Numbered from the stretch's first letter, positions 7,827 through 16,226 are shown. The stretch: DNA of 32,000 bases from Deefgea sp. CFH1-16 (GCF_016881365.1 NZ_WLYT01000001.1:797754-829753); one strand, 5' to 3'. Program-made: numbers and translations. The notes: generated by a model not told the origin, from the sequence alone.

Positions 7827-9223
7827 TCAAGCCCTCAAAATAATTATTGCCGCAGCCAACAACCAAACAGCTCCCATCACGGAAAACAAAATGAGCGCTG
7901 CTCCTCTGCAATGTTGCAATGCGACTCCAGAATATATGTTGAACCAAATGCATTAAACGACGGCTTTGGGCATACGGATTGATGAGAAGGCATGACAAAA
8001 GATCGAAAATCTGGGAATAAATTAAATAGAGGTTGCAAAATCTGCTGAGCTGTCGGAGTCGCTTCCAAATTAGGGGTGCCAATATTTGGATCAGGGCCAA
8101 GGTTTTGCAAGGGATTATTGGCCGCCGGATTCGTATTCGGTGATGGATTTTGGCTTGGGTCTTGCGTAGTTGACGTTGGAGCAATTGGCAAAGTCCACGG
8201 TTGGTTTGTTGCTGGCTGAGGTGCGACAAAATCCTGTACTGTCGGCCAATTTTGTGGGTTTTGCTGCCGCCACACGTCAAGCTCCTGCGCTGTTATTGGG
8301 TCATTAGCCAAGTATGGCAAACCGGCATAACCCGGCTGAGCAGCAGCATCTCGCCACAGCTTATCAGCAAGCGGAGCCACAATTTCAGGTGATAGTGGTT
8401 TTGCTAATTCAACTGGTGATAAATTATTAATTGCCTGTTGTGCAGATAGCTTTAAATTATCTGGTGCATTATCAGGAACAGTCTGCGGTGCAACACAAGA
8501 AGTAGCATTTGATACTTGCCCTTGAGGACAATTACGAGGCGCGCCACTTGCAAAATATGAGGCACGGAAATTTGAATAGTTCGTGGCAGTACCATCTGCT
8601 TTTGAAACACGTTTCACAATACAGTTGAAGGTGGTAGAAGAATCGGCTGCACATCCATCTAGATAAAAACTATAAGTAGTAAAATTTGCATATGTTGAGT
8701 TATATGTGTCAGCAAAAGCAGATTGAATTGTGGACATGGCATCTGAAGCCATGTAATTGTTTGTTTTCCAATAGGCTCCGCCAGCAATTAATCCACCAGT
8801 TGTTGAAGGTGAACCGCTCGGTTGTATTTTTTTCTTTTGGGTAATTGGGGTAGCATCTTTTTGATCAGGTGAGAATAGCCAGTCTACAACTCCATTAATC
8901 GCCAGCGTAACTCCAACAGTAACCACAGCACCAACACCAGCAGCAATCGCAACCGTAGCCCAAGCTGGGGCTGTAATAGCTCCTGCCACGACAGCTGCAG
9001 CAGTTGTTCCAGCAACGCTGGCTGCCCCCAGAGACATAGAATTAAGAGTAGCCCCGAACCTCGGATCATTAACTGCGAACCCCCGTTTTACTGCCTTGAT
9101 TTGTACACCCGCCGAGAAAACCCTCTGCATTGGACTAACTGGAAGCGCCATGCCAGCTAGAATGTTTTTTGAAAACAATAAAACAAAAAATACAATTATT
9201 AATTTCTGCAATTTAAACATCAT
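7827..9223 (-). CDS. pIII-like adsorption/minor coat protein (TspB-like); the C-terminal membrane anchor is in a different frame
   Basis: Signal peptide MMFKLQKLIIVFFVLLFSKNILAG, a Gly/Ala-rich hydrophobic region, a Pro/Gln-rich region, and a Cys-containing C-terminal region. The tracked ORF stops at 7877. The frame shifted by one encodes AALILFSVMGAVWLLAAAIIILRA-stop (7829-7827), 3 nt before the pVI-like ATG. Confidence 0.6.
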
Positions 9224-9305
9224 TTTTAAATCCAGATATTGCAGCCCATGCACAAACAATGCCCCATGCAAAAATAAATAAATACCATAACTGATTTATT
9301 GTCAT
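9213..9305 (-). CDS. 30-aa hydrophobic peptide; candidate pVII/pIX-type minor coat protein
   Basis: My own translation is MTINQLWYLFIFAWGIVCAWAAISGFKNDV. It starts just after the coat-gene terminator and overlaps the pIII-like start. It is too short to appear in the ORF track. Confidence 0.35.
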   Translation of the reverse strand: MTINQLWYLFIFAWGIVCAWAAISGFKNDV

Positions 9306-9317
9306 TTCAAGCACTCC

Positions 9318-9351
9318 AAAAAATTGATGCGACTTTCGCCGCACCAATTTT
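9318..9351 (-). terminator. Rho-independent terminator immediately after the major coat gene
   Basis: Arms 9320-9331 and 9340-9351 pair at 11 of 12 positions with an 8-nt loop. On the minus strand the hairpin runs into a T tract (cgcatcaatttttt). Confidence 0.55.
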
Positions 9352-9366
9352 AAATATCAACAGATA

Positions 9367-9585
9367 TTAACCGCCTTTAATCATACCAATCACAATTTTT
9401 GCACCTTTGATTGTGATATAAACGCCAGCCAGCATTCCGGCGATTGCCAATAGAGCGGTAATTACAGTACCAAAGTCAACAGCGCTTGTTAAAGCGGTTA
9501 AATCTGGGCCTGTTCCAGCAGCAAATGTTACTGGAGCCAAAACAGCGGCAATTACTAACAATCCTGCTTTTTTAAGTAATTTCAT
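9367..9585 (-). CDS. Inovirus major coat protein (pVIII-like)
   Basis: 72 aa. Signal peptide MKLLKKAGLLVIAAVLAPVTFA, an acidic mature N-terminus (GTGPDLTALTSAVD), a hydrophobic core, and a basic C-terminus (KGAKIVIGMIKGG). Strong SD aaggatga. Confidence 0.85.
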   Translation of the reverse strand: MKLLKKAGLLVIAAVLAPVTFAAGTGPDLTALTSAVDFGTVITALLAIAGMLAGVYITIKGAKIVIGMIKGG

Positions 9586-9638
9586 TTTTCATCCTTTATT
9601 TAAAATACTGAGAAAACGCTCAGCGCGCTTTACTACGA

Positions 9639-9929
9639 TTAGCCACGACGAATCATGCCAATAACTAAGCCAATTCCATGACTAACAAAATATAAGCCTA
9701 TGACTGTTGAAAATGACATAGCCCAAATAGCCGATGCATATCCATAATCGAATTGAGCAAAGGCAGCTTCAAAGTTATTTTGTTGTGATGTATCCAATAA
9801 ATACGCCTGTGTTTGACGTGGCTGATAAAACTGGCTGCCAATTTTTGGACAAATTTGCTGCTGAATTTGAGTGGGTGTAGCTGTAGTGGGAACGCACACC
9901 AGCACATTTGCAACCGTGCCAGCGTTCAT
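9639..9929 (-). CDS. 96-aa protein with a coat-protein-like C-terminal TM anchor; unknown function
   Basis: Start chosen at MNAGTVANV, whose ATG overlaps the Rep stop as ATGA. The C-terminus AIWAMSFSTVIGLYFVSHGIGLVIGMIRRG resembles the major coat C-terminus KIVIGMIKGG. Confidence 0.5.
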   Translation of the reverse strand: MNAGTVANVLVCVPTTATPTQIQQQICPKIGSQFYQPRQTQAYLLDTSQQNNFEAAFAQFDYGYASAIWAMSFSTVIGLYFVSHGIGLVIGMIRRG

Positions 9930-11571
9930 GTGACACGCTCCATTTGCTGACTCATCGCCCTGATCATTTGATTGCCGCAACTTCTTGGCTTCAAATTCAT
10001 ATGATCGAATTCTGCGCAATTGGCAACTGCCAATTTATTATTTAAATCAATAAATGAAGGTATATTTTTTTTATTAAATTCAATGGATTGATTGAGAGTA
10101 CAGTTATTGACACTAGTCCGAGGAAGTTCAAAATCAGAAACACCCCCAAAAACCAATTCCCATTCGCGCTCGCGCGTGATAATTGAATCTCCTGTAGCAA
10201 CATCAATAAGTCCCTTCACTTTTTCTACAGGCTCGCGATATTTATTTAATCCATTATCTTTTTTTAATAAAACTTTACGATCAACCTTCATGATCCTTGT
10301 GAATTCAGCCCAATCGCCGTGATCAGCTGCATCTGCTGCTGCAGTAAATTCTTCACTAATTTCGCCGTCAATTCGACGTAACTCACGCCATACGCCAACT
10401 GGAGGAGTTCCGACAAATTGAAACTGACGAATCGCCCAACAAGATGACCACGCATTAACGCGCTCGGCCGCACTAACAATATTTAAGTCAGAATCAAAAT
10501 CAGCCTCAGCAAACCCCTGCACATCAACCATTCCTTGGCCGTCGATGTTTTTACAAATATATTTAATAAGATAGCCAGCAGCACTGCCGCGACTCCAATC
10601 GATATCTTTAACATTAAATCTGTGTTTCCATGCCATCGGTTCATCTTTGTCCATTGCGCGAAAATACCTTCGGCATAAACGCACAAACACTCCGCGATGT
10701 TTTCGTTCGACAAAAATAAGTAAATGCCAATGCGGGCAGCCATCATGATGTGGCTCAGCAACACGAACACCATAAATCTCTATTCCGCGATTTGATAACG
10801 CTGTTCGAAGCAATCCCCACGTTTCACACAAATATTCCTGGGCCTGCTTTGGACTTGAAGCTAATTCCAAATATTTATCATTGCTAATTGGCACTTGCCA
10901 GAATTAACTAGTTTTTGTGCGTGAAATTTAGAAGGGCAAGTAAGTGTAATAAACAAACCACAGTGCCCTGCCCCTTGAGCAATTTCTTCAATGCCAGCAA
11001 CACGCGTCATCAACTCCGCAATCCTGAGTTGCGGATTCGATACAGAACGAGCAACTAAGTCAGCAAGCGTAAACTCTTGCCCTAAATCATTAACAGCAAT
11101 CGTAGTCGCCAACATTTCTTTGTTTCTTAAACGTTGAGATCTAAAGCGCAGCAACTCGGAATCCGAAACATAAGCTGACAATGATTTATTTACTAAACCT
11201 GCTTTGATTCGCTCATGCTCAAGCGCTTGCTTTTGATGAACACGTAATTTTCTTGTCCACCACGCAGAATCCATTAAACGTAAGATCGCCCCTTCCTGCT
11301 CTTCACTATCAACGGGAGCTAGATATTTCTGTAATGCATATTTAATTGTTTTTTCAGCAGCCACTTCTTCAGAATTCTGACCAACTGGATTTAAGCGAAT
11401 GGATAAATTATTAATATCCATGACTCCAGCCAAAAACTTCATCTCCCCTTGCGCTGAACTAGCGCTGATTTCCCCACCAGCAAAACCCAAACGATTGCGT
11501 CCATAGACCTCTTTCATCTCATTTGCCCGTTTTTTTGCCAATGCTTTTAAATCGGCATCATCTGCCGCCAA
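9926..11571 (-). CDS. Rolling-circle replication endonuclease, P2 gpA family; split by a frame change near 10890 and with an unresolved 5' end
   Basis: The N-part has SVSNPQLRIAELMTRVAGIEEIAQGAGHCGLFITLTCPSKFHA. The C-part has KQAQEYL...GVRVAEPHHDGCPHWHLLIF (HUH) and AAGYLIKYICKNIDG (catalytic Tyr motif). One extra C in ggcaagtgCCaatt would join them as ...NSGKCPISNDKY. The frame also stays open upstream of the TTG at 11571 to a stop at 11710-11712. Confidence 0.8.
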
Positions 11572-11800
11572 ATCCGGTGAGAACGGAATAGTACTTAGCG
11601 AATCACGATATTGGCGAAGCCAAAGATTTGCTGCTGGCTCATTGACGGTATCGTGAAGTTCTTGCCATTGATTCCGTAAATATGGATGCAGTGATGAGTG
11701 AATCTTTTTTCAGCACGCCATCAACAAAAAGCAGCTTTACTCGCAGCTTGCCGCTGCTGAACTTTTTCAGGGTGGAAGAAATCAGAAGAGGAGGCCATTT

Positions 11801-12109
11801 CTAGTCCTCGATAGCCATATAAGAATTGACCACCGGACGGCGGGTAAAACGTTCGCCGGTATCCTTGTCTTGATAATTGAATGGCTTGCCACGGTAGCCG
11901 CCGCAACTCACATTGATTTGAACCGTTTCGCCGATTTGTCCAAGACGTTTTTTGCTACGAATTTCAATCGTTGCTGGTTGACTGTATTCATCAGCAGAAG
12001 GAAGAATAACCTCGGTATAAACAGTGTCATCAGACTTACGCACTGCATTTACTCGTCCACATAAAAGGGCTTTATTTACAATCACTTTGGTTTCTTGTGG
12101 GGCACTCAT
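11801..12109 (-). CDS. Small early protein, possibly an ssDNA-binding (gV-analogue) protein
   Basis: 102 aa with SD aaaagga. It lies between the cox-like gene and Rep. The call is positional only, and I do not recognise a family. Confidence 0.3.
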   Translation of the reverse strand: MSAPQETKVIVNKALLCGRVNAVRKSDDTVYTEVILPSADEYSQPATIEIRSKKRLGQIGETVQINVSCGGYRGKPFNYQDKDTGERFTRRPVVNSYMAIED

Positions 12110-12133
12110 GACTGAAATCCTTTTGAAAAAATG

Positions 12134-12167
12134 GGTAATAAACGTGAAATAAAGGTAATGAAATAAA
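12134..12167. repeat. Tandem direct repeats GGTAAT / GAAATAAA upstream of the early gene
   Basis: GGTAAT at 12134-12139 and 12154-12159. GAAATAAA at 12146-12153 and 12160-12167. All lie in the 102-bp non-coding gap between the cox-like gene and the 102-aa gene. Confidence 0.5.
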
Positions 12168-12211
12168 ACTACTAATACCGCTCATTGCATCTGCTGCCGC
12201 AGTCCTCGCGC

Positions 12212-12496
12212 TCACGCGCTCCGGGCTGCGTCATCAGTGCGATGAGCACGAAGGCTCACAATATTTGTGTCCAGTGTCTTGAACTCCTTATCTAAGCAGC
12301 GCTCATTCACCAAAGCTAAATTAATCAAAGACCAGCGCCCCAGTGGAACGGTCGGAAGATAACCTCGATCACACCACTTATTAACAACATCAAGAGTTAC
12401 ACCCACTAACTCAGCAAAACGTTGCCGTGTAACAACCGGAGTTGTGGCGGGTGGTGGCAATAGAGGGACACTTGCATCTTGTACAATCTGGTTCAT
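12212..12496 (-). CDS. Cox/excisionase-like HTH DNA-binding protein
   Basis: Start chosen at MNQIVQDAS (ATG 12496). The longer form (12544) has no SD and would cover the operator palindrome. HTH segment: TRQRFAELVGVTLDVVNKWCDRGYLPTVPLGRWSLINL. It is divergent from the repressor-like gene. Confidence 0.5.
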   Translation of the reverse strand: MNQIVQDASVPLLPPPATTPVVTRQRFAELVGVTLDVVNKWCDRGYLPTVPLGRWSLINLALVNERCLDKEFKTLDTNIVSLRAHRTDDAARSA

Positions 12497-12516
12497 AATG
12501 TTCTCAGTAGACCCTA

Positions 12517-12541
12517 AATATCGTCTCAATAAGACGATATT
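12517..12541. promoter_or_regulatory. Perfect 10-bp inverted repeat between the divergent regulators; candidate switch operator
   Basis: aatatcgtct (12517-12526) and agacgatatt (12532-12541) are exact reverse complements with a 5-nt spacer. They lie within the 63-bp gap between the ATG at 12496 (minus) and the TTG at 12560 (plus). Confidence 0.5.
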
Positions 12542-12559
12542 CATACAAAGGAGGACGAT

Positions 12560-12862
12560 TTGTCAACAACTAATATTGAAGAGCGACTAATTGTTGTGTT
12601 GAAAGCAGAAGCACAAGCGCACGGATTCTGGTCAAAGCTTGAAAGTGAAACGGGAGTTTCCGCCCAGCGATGGCGAAAAGTAGTAAGTGAGCGCCAAAGG
12701 CCGACTTGCGACATGATTGAAGCTGCAGCCAAACGTTGGCCACAATTTTCACTTTGGCTTACAACCGGTATTGCATATGCGGAAATTGGACAGATACGGC
12801 CCCCTGCCGATGAATACCGACGAACACCAAAGCAAAAAAACCGTGGACCGCTCAATTTTTGA
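12560..12862 (+). CDS. Phage repressor-like HTH protein (C/CI analogue)
   Basis: 100 aa with a TTG start preceded by strong SD aaggagga. The segment LESETGVSAQRWRKVVSERQRPTCDMIEAAAKRWPQFSLWLTTG has the HTH plus WLxTG ending common in phage repressors. It is co-directional with the integrase. Confidence 0.5.
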   Translation: MSTTNIEERLIVVLKAEAQAHGFWSKLESETGVSAQRWRKVVSERQRPTCDMIEAAAKRWPQFSLWLTTGIAYAEIGQIRPPADEYRRTPKQKNRGPLNF

Positions 12863-13104
12863 AGTTGCAGATTTCATTGCATGAAGAGTGCAACGTAAGC
12901 GGGATTGATCCGGACAAAATTGAAGTGAATTCTCAACTGGCAAGGAAATATTCATCTTCTATCAGTACAGCGAAAAAAATGAGTGCTCAGGAAATTTCTG
13001 CTTTTTTAAATGATGCTGAATCAAACTGGGAATCAGAAGATGTAATTGCCATAACAAACGAAGTAGAAGAAGGCAGCAAACTAAATTCCCTGCCAAGGTT
13101 TTGA
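12859..13104 (+). CDS. Hypothetical acidic protein between the repressor and the integrase
   Basis: 81-aa ORF with a TTG start overlapping the repressor stop, ending 1 nt before the integrase ATG. No recognisable SD or family. Confidence 0.25.
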   Translation: MKLQISLHEECNVSGIDPDKIEVNSQLARKYSSSISTAKKMSAQEISAFLNDAESNWESEDVIAITNEVEEGSKLNSLPRF

Positions 13105-13105
13105 A

Positions 13106-14111
13106 ATGTCCATAAAGAAATATGCAAGTGGCGGATGGATTGTAGATATCCAACCGGGGGGAAGAGGCTTCAAACGTTACCGCAAGACATTTTCCACAAA
13201 AGCTGAGGCTCTTGCATGGGAAACGTGGGTAAAAGGTCAGGTTCAGCAAGAACCAGATTGGCAGCCCCAAAAACGAGATACACGTAAACTTTCCGAGCTG
13301 CTTGAAATTTGGTGGATCAACCACGGCCAGCAACTTCGAGCGGGCAAGAATACCCACTCTCGCTTGCAGCTGCTCATTAACGCAATTGGGCAATCCTGTC
13401 GCAGATAAATTTTCAGCCGATGATTTCGCGCGCTACCGGTCCAAGCGACTTGAAGCAGGTATTTCAGCCAATGCCATCAATCGTGAGCATGCCTACTTAC
13501 GCGCCATGTTCAATGAGTTGAAGCGATTGAACCACTGGAACAGTGAAAACCCATTATCCGAAATTCGCAGCTTTAAAATTGTTGAGAAAGAATTAACTTT
13601 TTTGGCTAATGACCAGATAAAGCTGCTTTTTGCTGCTCTATCCGAAAGTAGCAACCCCGACACTTTACTAGTCAGTCAAATTTGCCTCGCAACCGGTGCA
13701 CGCTGGAGCGAAGCAGAAGGGCTCAAGCCTACACAGCTTCGGCAAGGTGCAATTGAATACGCAGTAACAAAGAGTGGTAAAAACCGCACTATCCCGATTT
13801 CAGCTGAACTAGAGACTGAACTTCAGCAGCTCGCCAAGGATGGGCGAGCACGGCTATTTGTGAACTGTTATTCCGCGTTTCGAGAAGCCGTAGACCGATC
13901 TGGGCTTGCTCTTCCGGCTGGGCAACTCACGCACGTACTGCGGCACACCTTCGCGAGCCACTTCATGATGAATGGGGGAAATATTTTGACGCTGCAAAGA
14001 GTGCTAGGACACAGCGATTTGAAGATGACAATGCGCTACGCCCACCTGTCACCGGAACATTTGCAGGAAGTTCGCAACCTGAACCCTCTGGCGCGGTTGA
14101 CACTTGGTTGA
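13106..14111 (+). CDS. Tyrosine recombinase / phage integrase; frame change near 13388-13390
   Basis: The N-terminal arm-type domain is MSIKKYASGGWIVDIQPGGRGFKRYRKTFSTKAEALAWE. The catalytic residues are ATGARWSEA (R), HVLRHTFASH (HxxR) and LGHSDLKMTMRYAHL (H, Y). Removing one G from attGGGcaat reads ...LLINAIGNPVADKF and joins ORFs 13106..13408 and 13302..14111. Confidence 0.85.
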
Positions 14112-14126
14112 CAGTAGGCAAGAAAA

Positions 14127-14152
14127 AAGGACTTAGCCGAAGCTAAGTCCTT
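14127..14152. terminator. Bidirectional Rho-independent terminator between the integrase and the tRNA
   Basis: aaggacttagc / cgaa / gctaagtcctt forms an 11-bp perfect stem. It is flanked by an A-run (14123-14128) and a T-run (14155-14159). Confidence 0.7.
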
Positions 14153-14158
14153 GATTTT

Positions 14159-14235
14159 TGGTGGGCCTTCACGGACTTGAACCGTGGACCAAAGGATTAT
14201 GAGTCCTCTGCTCTAACCAACTGAGCTAAAGGCCC
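14159..14235 (-). tRNA. tRNA with CAT anticodon (elongator Met, or Ile2 after lysidine modification)
   Basis: The 77-nt sequence GGGCCTTTAGCTCAGTTGGTTAGAGCAGAGGACTCATAATCCTTTGGTCCACGGTTCAAGTCCGTGAAGGCCCACCA folds by hand. It gives a 7-bp acceptor stem, a D arm GCTC/GAGC, the anticodon loop CTCATAA, a T arm CACGG/CCGTG, and an encoded CCA. It resembles E. coli ileX, which also lies downstream of rpoD, as I recall it. Confidence 0.9.
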
Positions 14236-14250
14236 GAAAGGATTGCTATT

Positions 14251-16195
14251 CTACTGTTCGCTGGCGTTATTTTCAATAAAACTCTTTAATCTTTCTGAAC
14301 GAGTTGGATGACGCAGCTTACGTAGAGCCTTGGCTTCAATTTGACGAATCCGCTCACGCGTTACATCAAACTGTTTACCAACTTCTTCGAGCGTATGATC
14401 AGTACTCATATCAATACCAAAACGCATGCGTAACACTTTGGCTTCACGTGGCGTTAAGGTATCAAGCACTTCTTTGGTCGCTTCACGCAAACCGGCATAA
14501 ACAGCAGCATCAGCAGGCGCCATATTATTAGCGTCTTCAATAAAATCACCGAGGTGTGAATCATCATCATCACCAATCGGCGTTTCCATTGAAATCGGCT
14601 CTTTGGCGATTTTAAGGATTTTGCGAATTTTGTCTTCCGGCATTTCCATGCGTTCAGCCAATTCTTCAGGCGTTGCTTCGTTACCTGTTTCTTGCAAAAT
14701 CTGGCGCTGAATACGGTTCATCTTATTGATCGTTTCGATCATATGTACCGGAATACGAATCGTACGTGCTTGGTCAGCAATCGAGCGAGTAATCGCCTGA
14801 CGAATCCACCATGTGGCATATGTTGAGAACTTATAACCACGGCGATATTCGAATTTATCTACTGCTTTCATCAAGCCGATATTGCCTTCCTGAATCAAAT
14901 CAAGGAATTGCAAACCACGGTTGGTGTATTTTTTTGGCGATAGAAATCACCAAACGCAAGTTGGCTTCGATCATTTCACGCTTAGCGCGTTTGGCCTTAG
15001 CTTCACCCGTCGACATATGGCGGCTAATTTCTTTCAACTCACGAATACTCAAACGCGCTGACTCTTGCAGTTCGTTGAGTTTTTGCTGTTGCTCCATGAT
15101 CGCGTGTTTATAACGGAACATGATGCCGGAGTAACTTTTTTCTGCCGCGATTTCTTCCGAAACCCACGTCAAATCAGTTTCACGTCCAGGGAAGTTTTTG
15201 ATGAAATAATCACGCGGCATACCGACACGGCGCGTGCATAAATCCATGATTTGGCGTTCATGCGTGCGAATATCATCGACCATTCCGCGCAATACATCGC
15301 ATAGCGATTCAACTTGACGAGCAGAAAAACGAATTTTCTGGAACTCAATCGCAATCGATTGCTGTAGCAAGATATAGGTTGGTGATGCTGTGCCGTGATC
15401 AATCAATGCCTCAAGCATCCGACCGTAAAGGTCGTTAATCACTTCAAAATGTTCGCGCGCTTGAGTTTTAAGTAGCTCTAGGTTGGCACTAGCAGCTGCG
15501 GCGCCACCATCATCTTCCGCTTCTTCCTCCTCATCATCACCATCACTCTCTTCGAGCACGGCATCAGGATCAGGCAAATCTAACGCAGTCTCTTCTTCTT
15601 CAACCGCGTTTGGATCGATAAAGCCGTCGATGACATCATCAATACGAATTTCATCATTCAAACCACGTTCGACCAAATCAATAATTTGAGCAATCGTCGT
15701 TGGACATGCTGAAATGGCCGTGATCATGTGCTTTAAGCCGTCTTCGATACGCTTGGCGATTTCAATTTCGCCTTCACGCGTCAAGAGCTCAACGGTTCCC
15801 ATTTCGCGCATATACATGCGGACAGGATCCGTTGTACGGCCAAAGTCAGCATCGACGGAAGACAGAGCAGCTTCAGCTTCTTCCGCTGCATCTTCATCAG
15901 CCACCGCGGCAGGCGCGTCGGACATCAACAGATCTTCAGCATCAGGAGCTTCGTCGTAGACTTGGATCCCCATATTGGAGATCATACTGATAATGCCTTC
16001 GATTTGCTCGGCATCCAACATGTCTTCTGGGAGGTGATCGTTAATCTCGGCGTACGTGAGGTAACCACGTTCTTTACCGAGGACGATTAGCGTCTTAAAT
16101 TTGGCTTTGCGTTCTTCAGGGTCGAGTTTTTCCTCGGCCTGTTTGCCGCCGTTTAATTCAAGATTATCTTTATTTAGTTTTTGATCTGCTGCCAT
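14251..16195 (-). CDS. rpoD: RNA polymerase sigma-70 factor RpoD; frame broken at a 7-T run (14939-14945)
   Basis: Shows [16 protein letters not shown], an acidic region, region 2 ([10 protein letters not shown] / [43 protein letters not shown]) and region 4. Removing one A from gccAAAAAAAtacacc restores [16 protein letters not shown]. Start chosen at MAADQKL, downstream of a tataat box. Confidence 0.95.
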
Positions 16196-16226
16196 GACTC
16201 TGCTTGGGTGTCTAGCAAAACCGAGA

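Larger units (their letters stand above)
5240..14111. mobile_element. Integrated filamentous (inovirus-like) prophage with a P2-like lysogeny/replication module
   Basis: On the minus strand the order is cox-like, small early gene, Rep, ORF96, major coat, terminator, 30-aa ORF, pIII-like, pVI-like, Zot, secretin. Repressor and integrase lie on the plus strand next to a tRNA. The left limit is uncertain, and 1-5233 could belong to the same element. Confidence 0.75.
1..14158. mobile_element. AT-rich tRNA-adjacent genomic island (left end outside the window)
   Basis: Base composition changes sharply by eye at the tRNA. The integrase lies 48 bp from the tRNA 3' end. The content is defence, TA and phage genes. 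Confidence 0.6.

Noticed and set aside
7771-8392. 169-aa minus-strand ORF and 63-aa plus-strand ORF overlapping the pIII-like gene. Likewise 8884..9069 and 9096..9281.
   Set aside because: They are alternative frames of a Pro/Gln/Ala-rich coding region, with low-complexity translations and no ribosome binding sites.
10838-10860. tgggcct...ggacttgaa inside the rep gene resembles the plus-strand sequence of the tRNA 3' half (7-mer and 9-mer identical, separated by 5 nt instead of 4). I considered it a possible att copy.
   Set aside because: It is short and interrupted, lies inside conserved Rep coding sequence (SSPKQAQEYL), and is not at any plausible element boundary. I cannot distinguish it from chance without a genome-wide search.
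5240-14111. Reading the frameshifts in rep, pIII and int as evidence of a decayed, defective prophage.
   Set aside because: The same kind of one-base breaks hit rpoD, tsaD, yqeY, the cobD-like gene and gspG in the core genome, mostly at homopolymers. Sequencing or assembly error is the simpler explanation.
15483-15959. Ser/Ala-rich ORFs (68 and 81 aa) on the plus strand.
   Set aside because: They are the antisense shadow of the acidic Asp/Glu-rich region of rpoD.
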